DNA of 63,873 bases, filler included, from Octopus bimaculoides (GCF_001194135.2; 5 parts of 5 records of this genome joined end to end with filler, not necessarily neighbours in it); one strand, 5' to 3'; counted from the first letter of the whole stretch, positions 13,672-25,900 are shown. The notes: a model not told the origin generated them from the sequence alone. Program-made: numbers and translations.

Positions 13672-14205
13672 ATGCCCTGATGCAGTACCATGCAGTGGCT
13701 CTCATGGCTTCTGAATTTATCTGATTGGAAGTGTTATCATGTACATTGTTTTATGTTGGTATAAAAGATGGGCTACAGCAAATATTCTACTCAATACCAC
13801 AGATTTGCTTATCAGTCGGTTGACCTTAGCTCGTTGAGCATGTCCCTTAGTGGTTAGCAATATGTACATCTCTGATCACGAGCAACCACGTGTTGAGAGG
13901 GCTTGTTTGGGGTATGGATAATTCACCTTTAGAAACATGGGTGTTTCATTCAACATCCTTAAACAACACTTATTCAAGGAACTTTTGAGTGGGATGGGCT
14001 GCTCAACCTGAAAACATTCCTAACATAACCCCACCTCCAAGGTCATGCGCTTCTTATCTTGATATGAGGCCACGATGTCGTGCACATATCGTTGTGATGC
14101 ATGTGCCTGGTGTACCCTTATTAGACAGGTAGTCATGATGGTTATACTGGGCTTCATATATTTTACCCCAGTGTCACTTTAATGGCAAGCAATGATCTCT
14201 TACTC
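13671..14205. mobile_element. Unclassified ~530-bp interspersed repeat embedded in (AAT)n/(AAC)n arrays
   Basis: No recognisable ORF. Bounded by TAA-type arrays on both sides. Its segment at about 13775-13925 recurs at 24281-24450. Confidence 0.65.
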
Positions 14206-14223
14206 AACAACAACAACAGCAAC

Positions 14224-14258
<35 letters not shown>

Positions 14259-14379
14259 TGATGATATATGTGTGTTTACAGCGGGCTTCACAAGGCTTTA
14301 GTCAGCTCGCATATATAGCAAATGAAGCTTTTCCTAAGTGCTGCATAAAGAACTCAATAAAATTATTGCATCATGTTAG

Positions 14380-14578
14380 ATTCAAATTCTGGCAAAAGAA
14401 CAGGAGATTTGAGGCGAGGGCCTAGCTAATTGCATCGACCCCAGTGTTCAAGTCTTACTTATTTCATCAAGCAGGAAAGTTCGACCTCGGCAGCCTTTGA
14501 ACTCAGAACGTAAATATGGATGAAATGTCAGTAAGCATTTCGCTCGGTGTGCTAACGGTTCTGCTAGCTCGCCGTCCT
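14380..14578 (-). mobile_element. SINE family A copy
   Basis: Begins GGACGGCGAGCTAGCAGAACCGTTAGCAC on the minus strand and carries the shared core. Confidence 0.8.
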
Positions 14579-15321
14579 TAAACTCTTGTATCATATTCAA
14601 TACAAATGATATTAACATTCTATCTGGCAGAATTAATCTGTGAAAAAAAACAAAAAAGAAAAAAAACAACGGCAGTTTTGTATAGATATAGAGATTTCTT
14701 ATAGAGAGTGTTAATTTCTAACATGTCTGGAGTAGATGTGCTCAAGACTTTTGAATTATATTCTGACGTGTTCCTGATTTCCTCTTCGACTGTGAATCTC
14801 ATTCTTTATCATAATATGCAATCATCTATAAAACGAATTTGATTTGAACAAACATTAAACAGTTGTCTTTTACATGACTCTATAAAACGAAATTGAATTC
14901 ATTATTAATTTTTTGAAATTAAGAACCAATTACACAAATTTTCTTTTTTTCTAAATTTCATGATGATAAAATAAATGAACTATGGGTCTAAATGTCATAT
15001 ATAGATTAAATCTGTCACATAGGGAAGCAAATTTTTAAAAATTAAAACTATTATATTGTCGAAGATTTTATAATGCTCTTGTGTATGTGTGTGTGTGTAT
15101 AATATCTATTTATCCACACACACATACACACCAGCACACACACCAGCACACGCACACGCACACACACATATACACATATTGGTTTGAAAATACGGTAATA
15201 CATTTATGTAAGTATTGAGTTCTATGTCTGTTTTTTCTACTAAAACTATATATACTCACGTATATGTATGATATGTATACATATACATACAAATATGCAT
15301 ATATATATATATATATATATG

Positions 15322-15421
15322 NNNNNNNNNNNNNNNNNNNNNNNNNNNNNNNNNNNNNNNNNNNNTTAATTAATTAANNNNNNNNNNNNNNNNNNNNNNN
15401 NNNNNNNNNNNNNNNNNNNNN
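15322..15421. other. Artificial 100-bp scaffold spacer N44-TTAATTAATTAA-N44 (also 33448-33547, 47581-47680, 57238-57337)
   Basis: Identical 44+12+44 layout four times. The 12-mer is palindromic with stops in all six frames. Confidence 0.92.
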
Positions 15422-15457
<36 letters not shown>

Positions 15458-17284
15458 GGACGCAGTTGTATACACACACGTAACGTGTGTTGCTTACATG
15501 GCCGTCATCTACACGTGTTTTCCGCGTGTTGAGTATAACGTGCATGTGCATATATGCGTATATTTACGTGTGTACATAAATGCACATGTCAGGAGGATAC
15601 TCTCGCTTGAAAACTGCAGTGTTGTTATTGTCTGGCCATCTTAGTCCTCGTTTTCTGGTTGTTATTTTAAGTATTATTAGACAGCTGCACTTGACTCCCA
15701 CAAGCGTGTGTCACTACAAAATTTGATGTGCACTACTTTCTTTTGCCCCTATTTTTTTAAAATTTCCGAGTGTGAGTTACGTTTCGGGTTTCTATGAACT
15801 ACGCATAGGTGACAGAGCTTTCGTTGCGGCAGAGGTCGGGATATTATGCATGTCTGAGACATCGATATAGAATGCCGCCACTTTCGTAGTTCTTTCTCTC
15901 ATGGGATTAGGGACGGTGTTTTATAGGTGAGGAAAGATGCGATGCGATTTTCCGGTCATCGATGCTGGATCCTTGATATATCTCGGAGACAGTGTGTTGG
16001 TTTGAGCATGCAGTTATATGTCTCCGATGTTATGAGGGAGACATGACCCGAAGGAAAGGTTTCAGCAATTTTAGCGCGCCAAGTGGTCATACTGAATATC
16101 GAGTCGACAACCAGTGTATGAAAATCCGGAATCGTGATCCGGCTATGTACGCTCGGGACTTGTCTCCCTTAGTCAGTCATTAAGACAGTGCGTTTGTGGC
16201 TTTTGAGTTAAAAGACACTCGCCTAAGGCGCCATGCTGTAGGACTGAACCCGCAACCAGATGATTGCAAAGTGAGTTTCCTAATCGCATAGCCACATCAG
16301 CACATTTCCATCGTTTTGAACCTAAAATAATTTCTGGAAGAATTTGTACCTGCCGTCCGATTACATTTAGCAAATGTTGTGTACTCAAGCAACCCACCCT
16401 TCAACTTGTTGACAACGTGGGGGTCACACAGTATGAAAGACGGCCAATTTAGAATAGCCAGACGGAGCTGTCAAGTTTTATGTTATAGCCGAGCACCCCT
16501 TTAAATCTGTAGCTGCTCGATTAGTGAATCATTGCCACAATAAAAAAATATTATTGCTGCCCTAACATGTTGCGGGCTGTCTTAAATAACTATCTTTACA
16601 ACAAATTGATCTAAATCCACAATTCCTTAACCCGTGGAAAATTTCAGGGTTCTTAAGATAAGGGAAAAGGGATTCCAGTTGTAAAATGAATTTTAGGCAT
16701 GAAAATTCTTTATTCATTATTTGCACTGTTTTTACTTGATTTATTTTCCTTAATATTGATTTTAAGAACGCTAATGTTAAAGATTTAATGTTATACAAGA
16801 AATCATGTTTGCATACAAGAATACAGTTTCTTATCACATGTGGTGGGGTTGAAATTGGGATGGTGTATGTGTAAAGGAAAAGAGAGAGAGAGAAATAAAA
16901 AAAGAAGTTAAGAAACGCTGAACTAAAGAATCTGAAGCTGAAATTGAATCTCCAAAGAAAAGAGAGGTTGTTCTGTCATTTTTTAACAACAAGGACAGAC
17001 AATTAAATAAATAAAAACAAGATGGCAGCTGTCGCACTTTTTGTTTTGAGACACAAAGGGATCATCTTGAAGACAACATAGCTACATGTTTTGGTAATTA
17101 TTTTAACAATCTCTCTTGCTTGTAAATAGTAATAATTATTATTAGTCCTGTGTAAACTGATACAGCGCCGGACTAAATGGCTTGTAAACTTTCTGTAGTT
17201 TAAACGATAGAACGTTTCTATGTCGCACGGTAATGATTTCTAAGATAGACACAAGGTTTCGTAAACTGTTTGTACTCGTGGTGA

Positions 17285-17415
17285 CCATTGCCAGAGTCGT
17301 TAGAGAATCAAACAAAATGCCTTGCGGTATTTACTTCGGCGCCTTACGTCTGAGTTCAAATTCCTCCGAAGCCATCTTTGTCTTTCATTCTTCCGAGTTC
17401 GATAAAATAAGTAGA
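17285..17415 (+). mobile_element. SINE family A copy (diverged)
   Basis: GCCAGAGTCGTTAG...TGAGTTCAAATTCC...CTTTCATTCTTCCGAGTTCGATAAAATAAGTA. Confidence 0.7.
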
Positions 17416-17545
17416 AGCTGAGAGCGTTAAACTGATGTAAATGCTGGAGCGTCGAGAGTATACCTTGTGGTATTTGTTTAGAATCATAGAGTTCTGAGTT
17501 CAGGTCCTACTGTAGTCTTCTCTACGGTTCGTATTTCGAATTTCG

Positions 17546-17900
17546 TTATAGGTACTGCATTGAAGGTGACGTTGCTAGCGGCGCACTCGGCCAAACGGGC
17601 AGAGATTTGTGGATTTCAGCGAACAGAAGTTCACCAATACACATTCCTTCTATATACACGTGTGGCTGGGTCATAGTGGACACAAGTTGAGTGAAGCAGC
17701 GTATAAGCAGCTTGGAGTATAAGATGTTTTGGCAAAAGCGATTTGGCGCTGTCCATTTAGCGTTGCTGATTGTCAGAAAAGAAAAATTTAACTCGGACAG
17801 CAGGTTAATTCTACTTGCGTAGACATAACTCGTCACTCGCTTTAACACAACCATTTGGCACCAAACAATCCTTTTGTGGAGTCCACTCTGTTGCAAGCAC
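17546..17900 (-). mobile_element. Heavily decayed CR1/L2-like LINE 3' coding remnant
   Basis: Residual HKSLPVWP resembles the LWNSLP..FP C-terminal motif. Motif memory only. Confidence 0.3.
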
Positions 17901-18230
17901 TTAGGCCCGGTGTCCAGTGTGAGCAGAACCCCCCTTCTTTCCCACTACTCTCGGGGAAGGCAAAGAGTAATCGGCGCTGCCCTTCTCTCCTCACGAAAAA
18001 GTAAAATAAAGGCTTGCACTTTTGTATCGGCAAACAATAACAATCTCTAGCACTGAGACCTGCTCTCATACTGGAGAATAGACATCGTCGATTATATCGA
18101 CCCCAATATTTGACTGAAACTTTATCAGTCCTAGAAAAAAAAATGATTAAGTAGATCCAGGTGGAACTTAAACACAAAATACAATTAGATAATGCCTAAA
18201 TATTTACTTATTATTTAGTGTGTCCATATT

Positions 18231-18324
18231 TGGAACAGCAAGGTGATTACCAATGGAACAGCAAGGTGATTACCAATGGAACAGCAAGGTGATTACCAAT
18301 GGAACAGCAAGGTGATTACCAATG
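18231..18324. repeat. Minisatellite: 4 perfect copies of TGGAACAGCAAGGTGATTACCAA (23 bp)
   Basis: Units start at 18231, 18254, 18277 and 18300, with no spacers. Confidence 0.97.
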
Positions 18325-18799
18325 CCAATATTACATACTCGTTGCAAGTCTTGGTACATCATTTGTTTTATAGGACTGGGATATTATGATGGAACACATA
18401 TTCGATAGCTAAAGGATGGACAATTCAATAAAAGACGGTACCAGTCTATGTTTGAGCTTCATAGAACGTATTTGAGAAGAGAGACTTTGCAGTTATTGAT
18501 TATTAGAATTAGTAGCGTAGCTAGGGGTAGAGGGCGGTCCGCCCTAGGGTCTGCTGTATAAGCCTGTAAAAACTAAGGGGTCTTGGTAGGTAAACTCAAT
18601 GGATGACCCTGGCGGTAGACACTCTAGCTGCTCCACTGTCAAGAATGTGGAGAGTATTTTTTTAAAATTCATCTTTGTTCTTCACAACGTTGTTTCATTA
18701 TGATAAAGATTTCGCTGGTCTCCGGTTTCGTTCGATAGCTAGGCTTGTTGAAAGCGTAACACTCGAACACATACCTTGAAAAGCGAAATAATCTTACAT

Positions 18800-19025
18800 C
18801 TTTTATCTTTTACTGTTTCAGTCATTGAACTGCGGCCATGCTGGATCACCGTTTTGAAAAGGTTTAGTCCTAAAAATCGGATCCAGTACTCATTTTAAAA
18901 CCTGGTGCTTATTTTATCGATCTCTTTTGCAGAGACGCTAGTTTACGGGAACGTAAATAAACCAAACATCGGTCATCAAGTGGTGCTCATGGATAAGCAC
19001 AAACACAGACACACAGACACACAGA
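18800..19025 (-). mobile_element. SINE family B 3' half
   Basis: Reverse complement of the tail CGGTG.TCCAGCATGGCCGCAGT.CAATGACTGAAACAGTAAAAG. Confidence 0.75.
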
Positions 19026-19267
19026 TATATTTAGTTGTAGGATTCATTACTATTTGGGTATTTCAACGTGTTAGACGCCAGAAAAGACAGGGTACTGGGT
19101 TGACAATATTCAATTGTCGTTAGCTGGATGTATTGTGGAAGCATGCATATATATGTCTACCAATCAATCAATCAATATATATATATATATATATATATAG
19201 ATAGATAGAGAGAGAGATATGCATACATACATATATATGCATATACACTCACACACACATATGTATA

Positions 19268-19460
19268 ATAATCCTTTCCGCTATAGGCACAGGGCCTCAG
19301 ATTTGTGGAGAGGGGACAATTCTATCACATCGACCCCAGTGTTTCACTGGTACTTATTTTATCGACCCCGAAAGGATGAAAGCAACGTCAACCTCGGCAG
19401 AATTTGAACTCAGAACATAGCGACGGGCGAAATACCGAGCGTGCTAACGATTTTGCCGTC
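19268..19460 (-). mobile_element. SINE family A copy (alternative tail)
   Basis: Shared core. The tail reads GAGGCCCTGTGCCTATAGCGGAAAGGATT on the minus strand. Confidence 0.8.
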
Positions 19461-19463
19461 ATA

Positions 19464-19528
<65 letters not shown>

Positions 19529-19762
19529 ATAATAATAATAATAATAATAATAAAAGTAAAATTGAGAGTTTAAACTGGCATATGTTAATTTATTAACATA
19601 ATATTATATTCTAATATAAAAATAAACATAATCCTTACAATTGTTTCGATTCAAACCCAAAAACCAACAACAAATTTATAAAAATTCATATTATGAAAGT
19701 ATTTTGAGTAACTGAACCCGGAACCTTGTGGTTGGAAAACAAAGTGTTTTACTACATAAACG

Positions 19763-19995
19763 TCACTGTGTGGCACCTTGAGCAAGTGTACTTCTACTAT
19801 AGCCTCGGGCTAACCAAGACCTTGTGAGTGAATTTGTTAGACGGAAACTGAAAGAAGCCCGTCGTATAAGTGTATGTCACAAGGCATTGATTAGTCGACC
19901 CGGGGTCGTTAGTAGAAGACATGCTGAAGATGCCGCGCAGCGTAGTGAGACTGAACCCGAGACTGCGTGGTTGCCAAGCGAGCTTCTTAAGCACA
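19763..19995. mobile_element. Inverted pair of SINE family B fragments (+ 19763-19870; - 19877-19995)
   Basis: Both arms carry the CORE-like segment in opposite orientation. Confidence 0.75.
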
Positions 19996-20320
19996 AACAA
20001 TGTTTTATACGTTTTAAATAATAAAAAATAATAATGGTATGTAGTATTGTAGAACACAGGAGGAATAATAAATCAAATCATTAATGAATCTTTACAACAA
20101 ACGAGAGAGATGTTGATTTTTAGAACTGCAAAATCCTAAAAGTAAGGCAGCTGGTAAAATAGAGAAACAAAAGACAAATTCAATGCCTGTTACAGACAAC
20201 CATAAAACTATATCATTACATTGTATATTCGTGAATTTATCTTCCTCAAATCCACAAAGACTGCTTTTAGTTTGGTAACAAAAATATTTAGAATAAGCAA
20301 CAGCTGTGCAGCAGGTGTGT

Positions 20321-20618
20321 GGAGGCGCAATGGCCCAGTGGTTAGGGCAGCGGACTCGCGGTCGGAGGATCGCGGTTTCGATTCCCAGACCTAGCGTTGT
20401 GAGTGTTTATTGAGCGAAAACACCTAAGCTCCACGAGACTCTGACAGGGGGTGGTGGCGACCCCTGTTGTACTCTTTCGCCCCAACTTTCTTTCACTCTT
20501 CCTTTCTGTTTCTTGAGTAACGGAGCGATGGACTGGAATCCCGTCCAGCTGGGGGGAAAACATACGCCATAGAAACCGGGAAACCGGGCCCATGAGCATG
20601 GCTAGGCTTTGAAAGGGC
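20321..20618 (+). mobile_element. SINE family D (tRNA-Arg-like head), full length
   Basis: A box TGGCCCAGTGG at 20331-20341 and B box GGTTTCGATTCC at 20374-20385. The head resembles a tRNA-Arg. The tail contains GCGATGGACTGG.ATCCCGTCCAG...AGAAACCGGG. Confidence 0.85.
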
Positions 20619-20659
20619 GACAAGAGACAAGAGAGTGTAGTAGGTGTAGACATGGGTTT

Positions 20660-20885
20660 GCGACTAAGAAGCGCGTCTTGCAAACATGTTGTTTCGGGTT
20701 CGATTCTACCCGACACCTTGGGTAAGTATCGTCTATTATAGCACAAGGCCGACCAGTGGATTTGGTGGACGGAAACTGTGTGGAAGCGCGACGTATATAT
20801 TCCTTTTACTTGTTTCACGCACCTTAAGGCGGTGCTCCAGCATGGCAACAGTCAAATGACTGAAACATGTAAAAGAATAAAAGAA
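20660..20885 (+). mobile_element. Deleted, diverged SINE family B copy
   Basis: GGGTTCGATTC..CGACACCTTGGGTAAGT...GGATTTGGTGGACGGAAACT...AAGGCGGTGCTCCAGCATGGC. Confidence 0.7.
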
Positions 20886-21159
20886 AATACATACACACAC
20901 ACACACACACACACANNNNNNNNNNNNNNNNNNNNNNNNNNNNNNNNNNNNNNNNNNNNNNNNNNNNNNNNNNNNNNNNNNNNNNNNNNNNNNNNNNNNN
21001 NNNNNNNNNNNNNNNNNNNNNNNNNNNNNNNNNNNNNNNNNNNNNNNNNNNNNNNNNNNNNNNNNNNNNNNNNNNNNNNNNNNNNNNNNNNNNNNNNNNN
21101 NNNNNNNNNNNNNNNNNNNNNNNNNNNNNNNNNNNNNNNNNNNNNNNNNNNNNNNNTCA

Positions 21160-21170
21160 CATATTATTTG

Positions 21171-21214
<44 letters not shown>

Positions 21215-21887
21215 GTACGTATGTATGTATATCTGTCTAGCTAACTATTAAATGTAAATTATATGTGTGTGTGTGTGCGTACGTGTGTGTGTATGTGTGT
21301 GCGTACGTGTGTGTGTGTGTGTGTGTGTACATAGGCACACTCACATACACACACGCGTAGCCGCAAACAGCTGTGTGTTTATATAGAAAACTTGTACAGA
21401 CTGTATAGTTATCTTGGAACAATAATTAGTGTGAGAAGTTGGCAGCTATTTCTGACACATTCGTAGATAACCGTATTAAGAATGTGTGTGTAGGAGAAAG
21501 GCGCAATGGGAGGATAATTTTTATGTGCATACATACATACATACACATATATATGTATATATATNNNNNNNNNNNNNNNNNNNNNNNNNNNNNNNNNNNN
21601 NNNNNNNNNNNNNNNNNNNNNNNNNNNNNNNNNNNNNNNNNNNNNNNNNNNNNNNNNNNNNNNNNNNNNNNNNNNNNNNNNNNNNNNNNNNNNNNNNNNN
21701 NNNNNNNNNNNNNNNNNNNNNNNNNNNNNNNNNNNNNNNNNNNNNNNNNNNNNNNNNNNNNNNNNNNNNNNNNNNNNNNNNNNNNNNNNNNNNNNNNNNN
21801 NNNNNNNNNNNNNNNNNNNNNNNNNNNNNNNNNNNNNNNNNNNNNNNNNNNNNNNNNNNNNNNNNNNNNNNNNNNNNNNNNNNNNNN

Positions 21888-21944
<57 letters not shown>

Positions 21945-22082
21945 AATATATGCATATACATATACACACACACATATATATATATACATATATATATAGA
22001 CATGCATATATATATATGTATACATATATATATATACATATATATACTTACATACATACATATATATATATATATACATATA

Positions 22083-22137
<55 letters not shown>

Positions 22138-22289
22138 NNNNNNNNNNNNNNNNNNNNNNNNNNNNNNNNNNNNNNNNNNNNNNNNNNNNNNNNNNNNNNN
22201 NNNNNNNNNNNNNNNNNNNNNNNNNNNNNNNNNNNNNNNNNNNACACACACATACATATATATATATACACACATACACACACACACAA

Positions 22290-22346
<57 letters not shown>

Positions 22347-22420
22347 TATATATATACACACACACACACATATGTATATATATAGAGAGAGGGGGAGAAA
22401 GAGAGAGTGACAGTGAGAGA
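21160..22420. repeat. (TA)n/(CA)n microsatellite-rich block with gaps
   Basis: Direct reading. Confidence 0.9.
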
Positions 22421-23603
22421 GAAAAAGTATTTTAGGTGTGATGTCTGTTTCTAAAATAAACAAATGTGGGTCGTGGCTATTGCTGATGTAACCAAACTCA
22501 GTTTTCTAACGTTACTTGCAATATTGACCCAAGGTATATATATAACAATTTATATGGAATCTCTTGCTAGATTCGAAAGCAAATCGACGATTCACTGAAC
22601 CTAAAAAGTAATGTTATCTTGGTCTTCTTCTTTACTATGTTAAAATCGAAATTATCATCATCGACAACTGTTCTTTTACGTGTGGAACTTCAGATTTGAC
22701 AGTAAGTTAGGGCTGACAGGAATCTGTAACAGTTATGCTTTTCTGAAAGGCATTTTCAAGTAAGCTTTGTGCATTTTGTGGCAGATTCATTCTAGACAGT
22801 CAATTGTAAATGACTAAGTCTAGACTCAGAAGTCTGAAAATTGTTCTACGTCTGACGTAAACGTTACACAAGAACGACTGGCTTCATATCCAGGGAGATA
22901 TTTAAGGATACATTTTTCTAAATCTTGTACGACTCTATTTCTGTCTATCAGCCCCTTCACGCTTATTTTGTTCATTCCACTCTTCGGTCTTTCGTTCCCC
23001 CTCTCTCACATTTCCTTGCCTTCTCTTCTTGCTCACTTTCCCGCCACTTTTCACTTCACTGTGTCCCTGTCATTTTTTCTCGCCCCCTCCTTAATTCTTT
23101 TGCCGCTCTGCCTCTACTTCTACCTCTCTCTCTTCTCTTCCCACATGACTGGCGTTCGGCCAAGCCTGATCTTTCTTTCTTGGCTGGCTGTTGTCCATGC
23201 AACATTGATATTCCTCCCTGTGCCTGTGAAATCTTGTATCCCTACCGTAAAGCTTTATTTCCACACACACCAGCTTAATTTAATTCGTCCTTAGTCGAAA
23301 GACACCTGTTGTTATGTCCTGTTGTTATTTTTATTGTATTTGTGTAANNNNNNNNNNNNNNNNNNNNNNNNNNNNNNNNNNNNNNNNNNNNNNNNNNNNN
23401 NNNNNNNNNNNNNNNNNNNNNNNNNNNNNNNNNNNNNNNNNNNNNNNNNNNNNNNNNNNNNNNNNNNNNNNNNNNNNNNNNNNNNNNNNNNNNNNNNNNN
23501 NNNNNNNNNNNNNNNNNNNNNNNNNNNNNNNNNNNNNNNNNNNNNNNTCACATTTTGTATTATATATATATATATATGGCGGCGTAATACACTTTGGACT
23601 CTT

Positions 23604-23659
<56 letters not shown>

Positions 23660-23662
<3 letters not shown>

Positions 23663-23912
23663 GCACTTGTTTCACTCAATGAACTGCAGTCACGCTGGAG
23701 CATCGCTTTGTAATGTTTGTTGAAAAAAAATTGATTCCACCACTTGGTACTTATTTTATCGCTTTTTGTTGCCGATCCGTTATTTACGAGAACGTAAACA
23801 AAGCAACACTGGTATTCCTGAAAGGATAAAAGGTAAAATCGACATTGGCGACATTTGAACCCAGAACGTAAAGACGGATGGAATGCCTATCAGCATTTTG
23901 CTCGCCAGCTTT
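23660..23912 (-). mobile_element. Composite of a SINE family B 3' part and a family A head/core
   Basis: 23660-23815 matches the family B tail (GCTGGAGCA.CGC; GATAAAATAAGTACC). 23820-23912 matches family A. Confidence 0.6.
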
Positions 23913-24280
23913 GGGAGAAGCTTTATAATGCAACAGTTTGTTCCCTGTAGGTCATTTTTTCGCGACCTAGTTTCGAATCCCTGACAAAAGAGCATTGGAA
24001 CACCTCTTAGCTTGACTCAAAGCACTATATTACATGTAAACGATCTATTCAACGATCCACAGTTTATTATAATGTGCAAGAAAGTTTTAATTATATATTT
24101 TTTGTATTTGGTCAATGAGTGCTATTTCCTATTTGCTTTCATCTAGAAATCAAACGAAATGACTACTATTCCCTTCAAACTTTGCTTTTGTCACTTGGAC
24201 ATCAATATTTTGAGTCTGACCTATTTTCCATTACATCGCAGGTAGATTCAGCACTGAGTTGCTGAAGCAGAAATATCGTT

Positions 24281-24450
24281 ATAGCAAATATTCTGCTCCA
24301 TATCACAGATTTGCTTGTCAGTTGTTTGACCTTAACTATTTGAGCATGTTCCTTAGTGGCTGACAATATGTGCATCTCTGATCATGTGCAGGAGTAGTGA
24401 GGGAGCATCATAACTATGTTTTGAGAGGGATTCTTTGGAGTTTGAATAAA
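24281..24450. mobile_element. Partial second copy of the 13671-14205 repeat
   Basis: AGCAAATATTCT..TC.ATA.CACAGATTTGCTT.TCAGT.G.TTGACCTTA...TGAGCATGT.CCTTAGTGG..CATCTCTGATCA is shared with 13775-13880. Confidence 0.7.
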
Positions 24451-24600
24451 TGTAAGAAAGTCAAAGTTTGAAGGAAATATTAGCCATTTTTCACACTTTC
24501 TAGGGGTAAGTAAATAGGAAATATCAGTTGCTACTCAGGCCAGTCCACCATCCAGCGACCGCTTGTCAGGCCTGTTACAACTTCACCATATTGCTAATTT

Positions 24601-24739
24601 TTGCAAGCTGAGTGGACAAGAGCAACGGTAAATGAAACCGTTTGCTCAAGAACACAATGTATCTTCTGGTCTAGGAATCGAAACCACAATCTTATGATCA
24701 TGAGTCCAACACCTTTACCACTAAACCACGCGCCTCCAC
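24601..24739 (-). mobile_element. SINE with family D-type head and CORE-like body
   Basis: The minus strand reads GTGGAGGCGCGTGGTTTAGTGG...GGTTTCGATTCCTAGACC...TGTGTTCTTGAGCAA. Confidence 0.7.
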
Positions 24740-25900
24740 TCACGAAGGAATGTACCATCCATCTGAAATTCGTTATAAGTCCTATCTGTCACCAGCGGCT
24801 GTCAAAGAGACAACCCTTGAGTTTGCCGTCCTGACAGGACTCCACGCCTGTAAAAGCATATACAGCAGACCTAAAAGCATCGCCCGTCCCTTTGCCTTCC
24901 CCCTCTCATCCTGTTACGGTACTGGCTGTGCTACAGTTATTTCATTCAACTATTCTTTTCCTCTCTGCAAATTTGTGGTCTTTTGTGAAGAAGAAATCAG
25001 TATTTATTTATGTTTTTCCCCACGTGGTCTAGTTGTTAGTATTCCTTCGTTTCCCAAAACGAGTTTCGATAAAGCAGACCACCTTTTTTGTTTTTAATGT
25101 TTTCACTCTTTCCACATGAATGTTTAAATAGTATGTATANNNNNNNNNNNNNNNNNNNNNNNNNNNNNNNNNNNNNNNNNNNNNNNNNNNNNNNNNNNNN
25201 NNNNNNNNNNNNNNNNNNNNNNNNNNNNNNNNNNNNNNNNNNNNNNNNNNNNNNNNNNNNNNNNNNNNNNNNNNNNNNNNNNNNNNNNNNNNNNNNNNNN
25301 NNNNNNNNNNNNNNNNNNNNNNNNNNNNNNNNNNNNNNNNNNNNNNNNNNNNNNNNNNNNNNNNNNNNNNNNNNNNNNNNNNNNNNNNNNNNNNNNNTAA
25401 ATATAAATTTAAATGTTGAAGTGAATCTAACAGTTTTTGTGTGTTTCTTAAATGGCTTATAAACACCTTCCACGCTGCAATTGTTTTCGTTCCATCACAC
25501 GATCTCAGATCAAGTCACTTGCTATGCAAGTACATCTCCGCAATAATATATATAATGTATGTGTGCGTGTTTAAGTAAATATGTATGTATTGAAATTGAA
25601 CGTAAAATGATCGGTTGCGTTTGAAAATTACAAAGAATGTCGGACAAGCAGCTTTAAAGAACCACAGTTCATTGCAGTGACTATTCCACATTTATGCATG
25701 GAAACTGTCCAGTGACTTAAACCAGTGAAAAAGTAAAAGAGTTAAAGACTGATTTCTTTTGTTGCACTTAATGACACAATACTTGCACTAACTTGTATTG
25801 CACATGTACGGATCAGTGGCATTTAGATCAGGTGATTTAGTAGTGGTATGAGTTGGGGCGTCACCGGCGGATTGGACTCATTTTAAGACCAATTATAAAA

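Noticed and set aside
14580-14670. Strong minus-strand acceptor (TTTTTTCACAG| at 14638) as DENND5 exon 2
   Set aside because: In phase 1 it gives Asp then stop, and it runs into a SINE. At most a cryptic site.
15780-16180. APE-endonuclease-like remnants here and at 36050-36330
   Set aside because: Only a single GGG-type motif in each across frameshifts, which is insufficient to call.
16660-16680. Minus-strand WNPF as DENND5 exon 2
   Set aside because: Flanking residues do not match uDENN, and the frame has stops on both sides.
18231-18324. 23-bp repeats as a CRISPR array
   Set aside because: There are no spacers or cas genes, and the context is eukaryotic.
20321-20392. tRNA-Arg gene
   Set aside because: It has A and B boxes but no proper acceptor stem or T-run terminator. 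It continues into a SINE body and recurs with other bodies.
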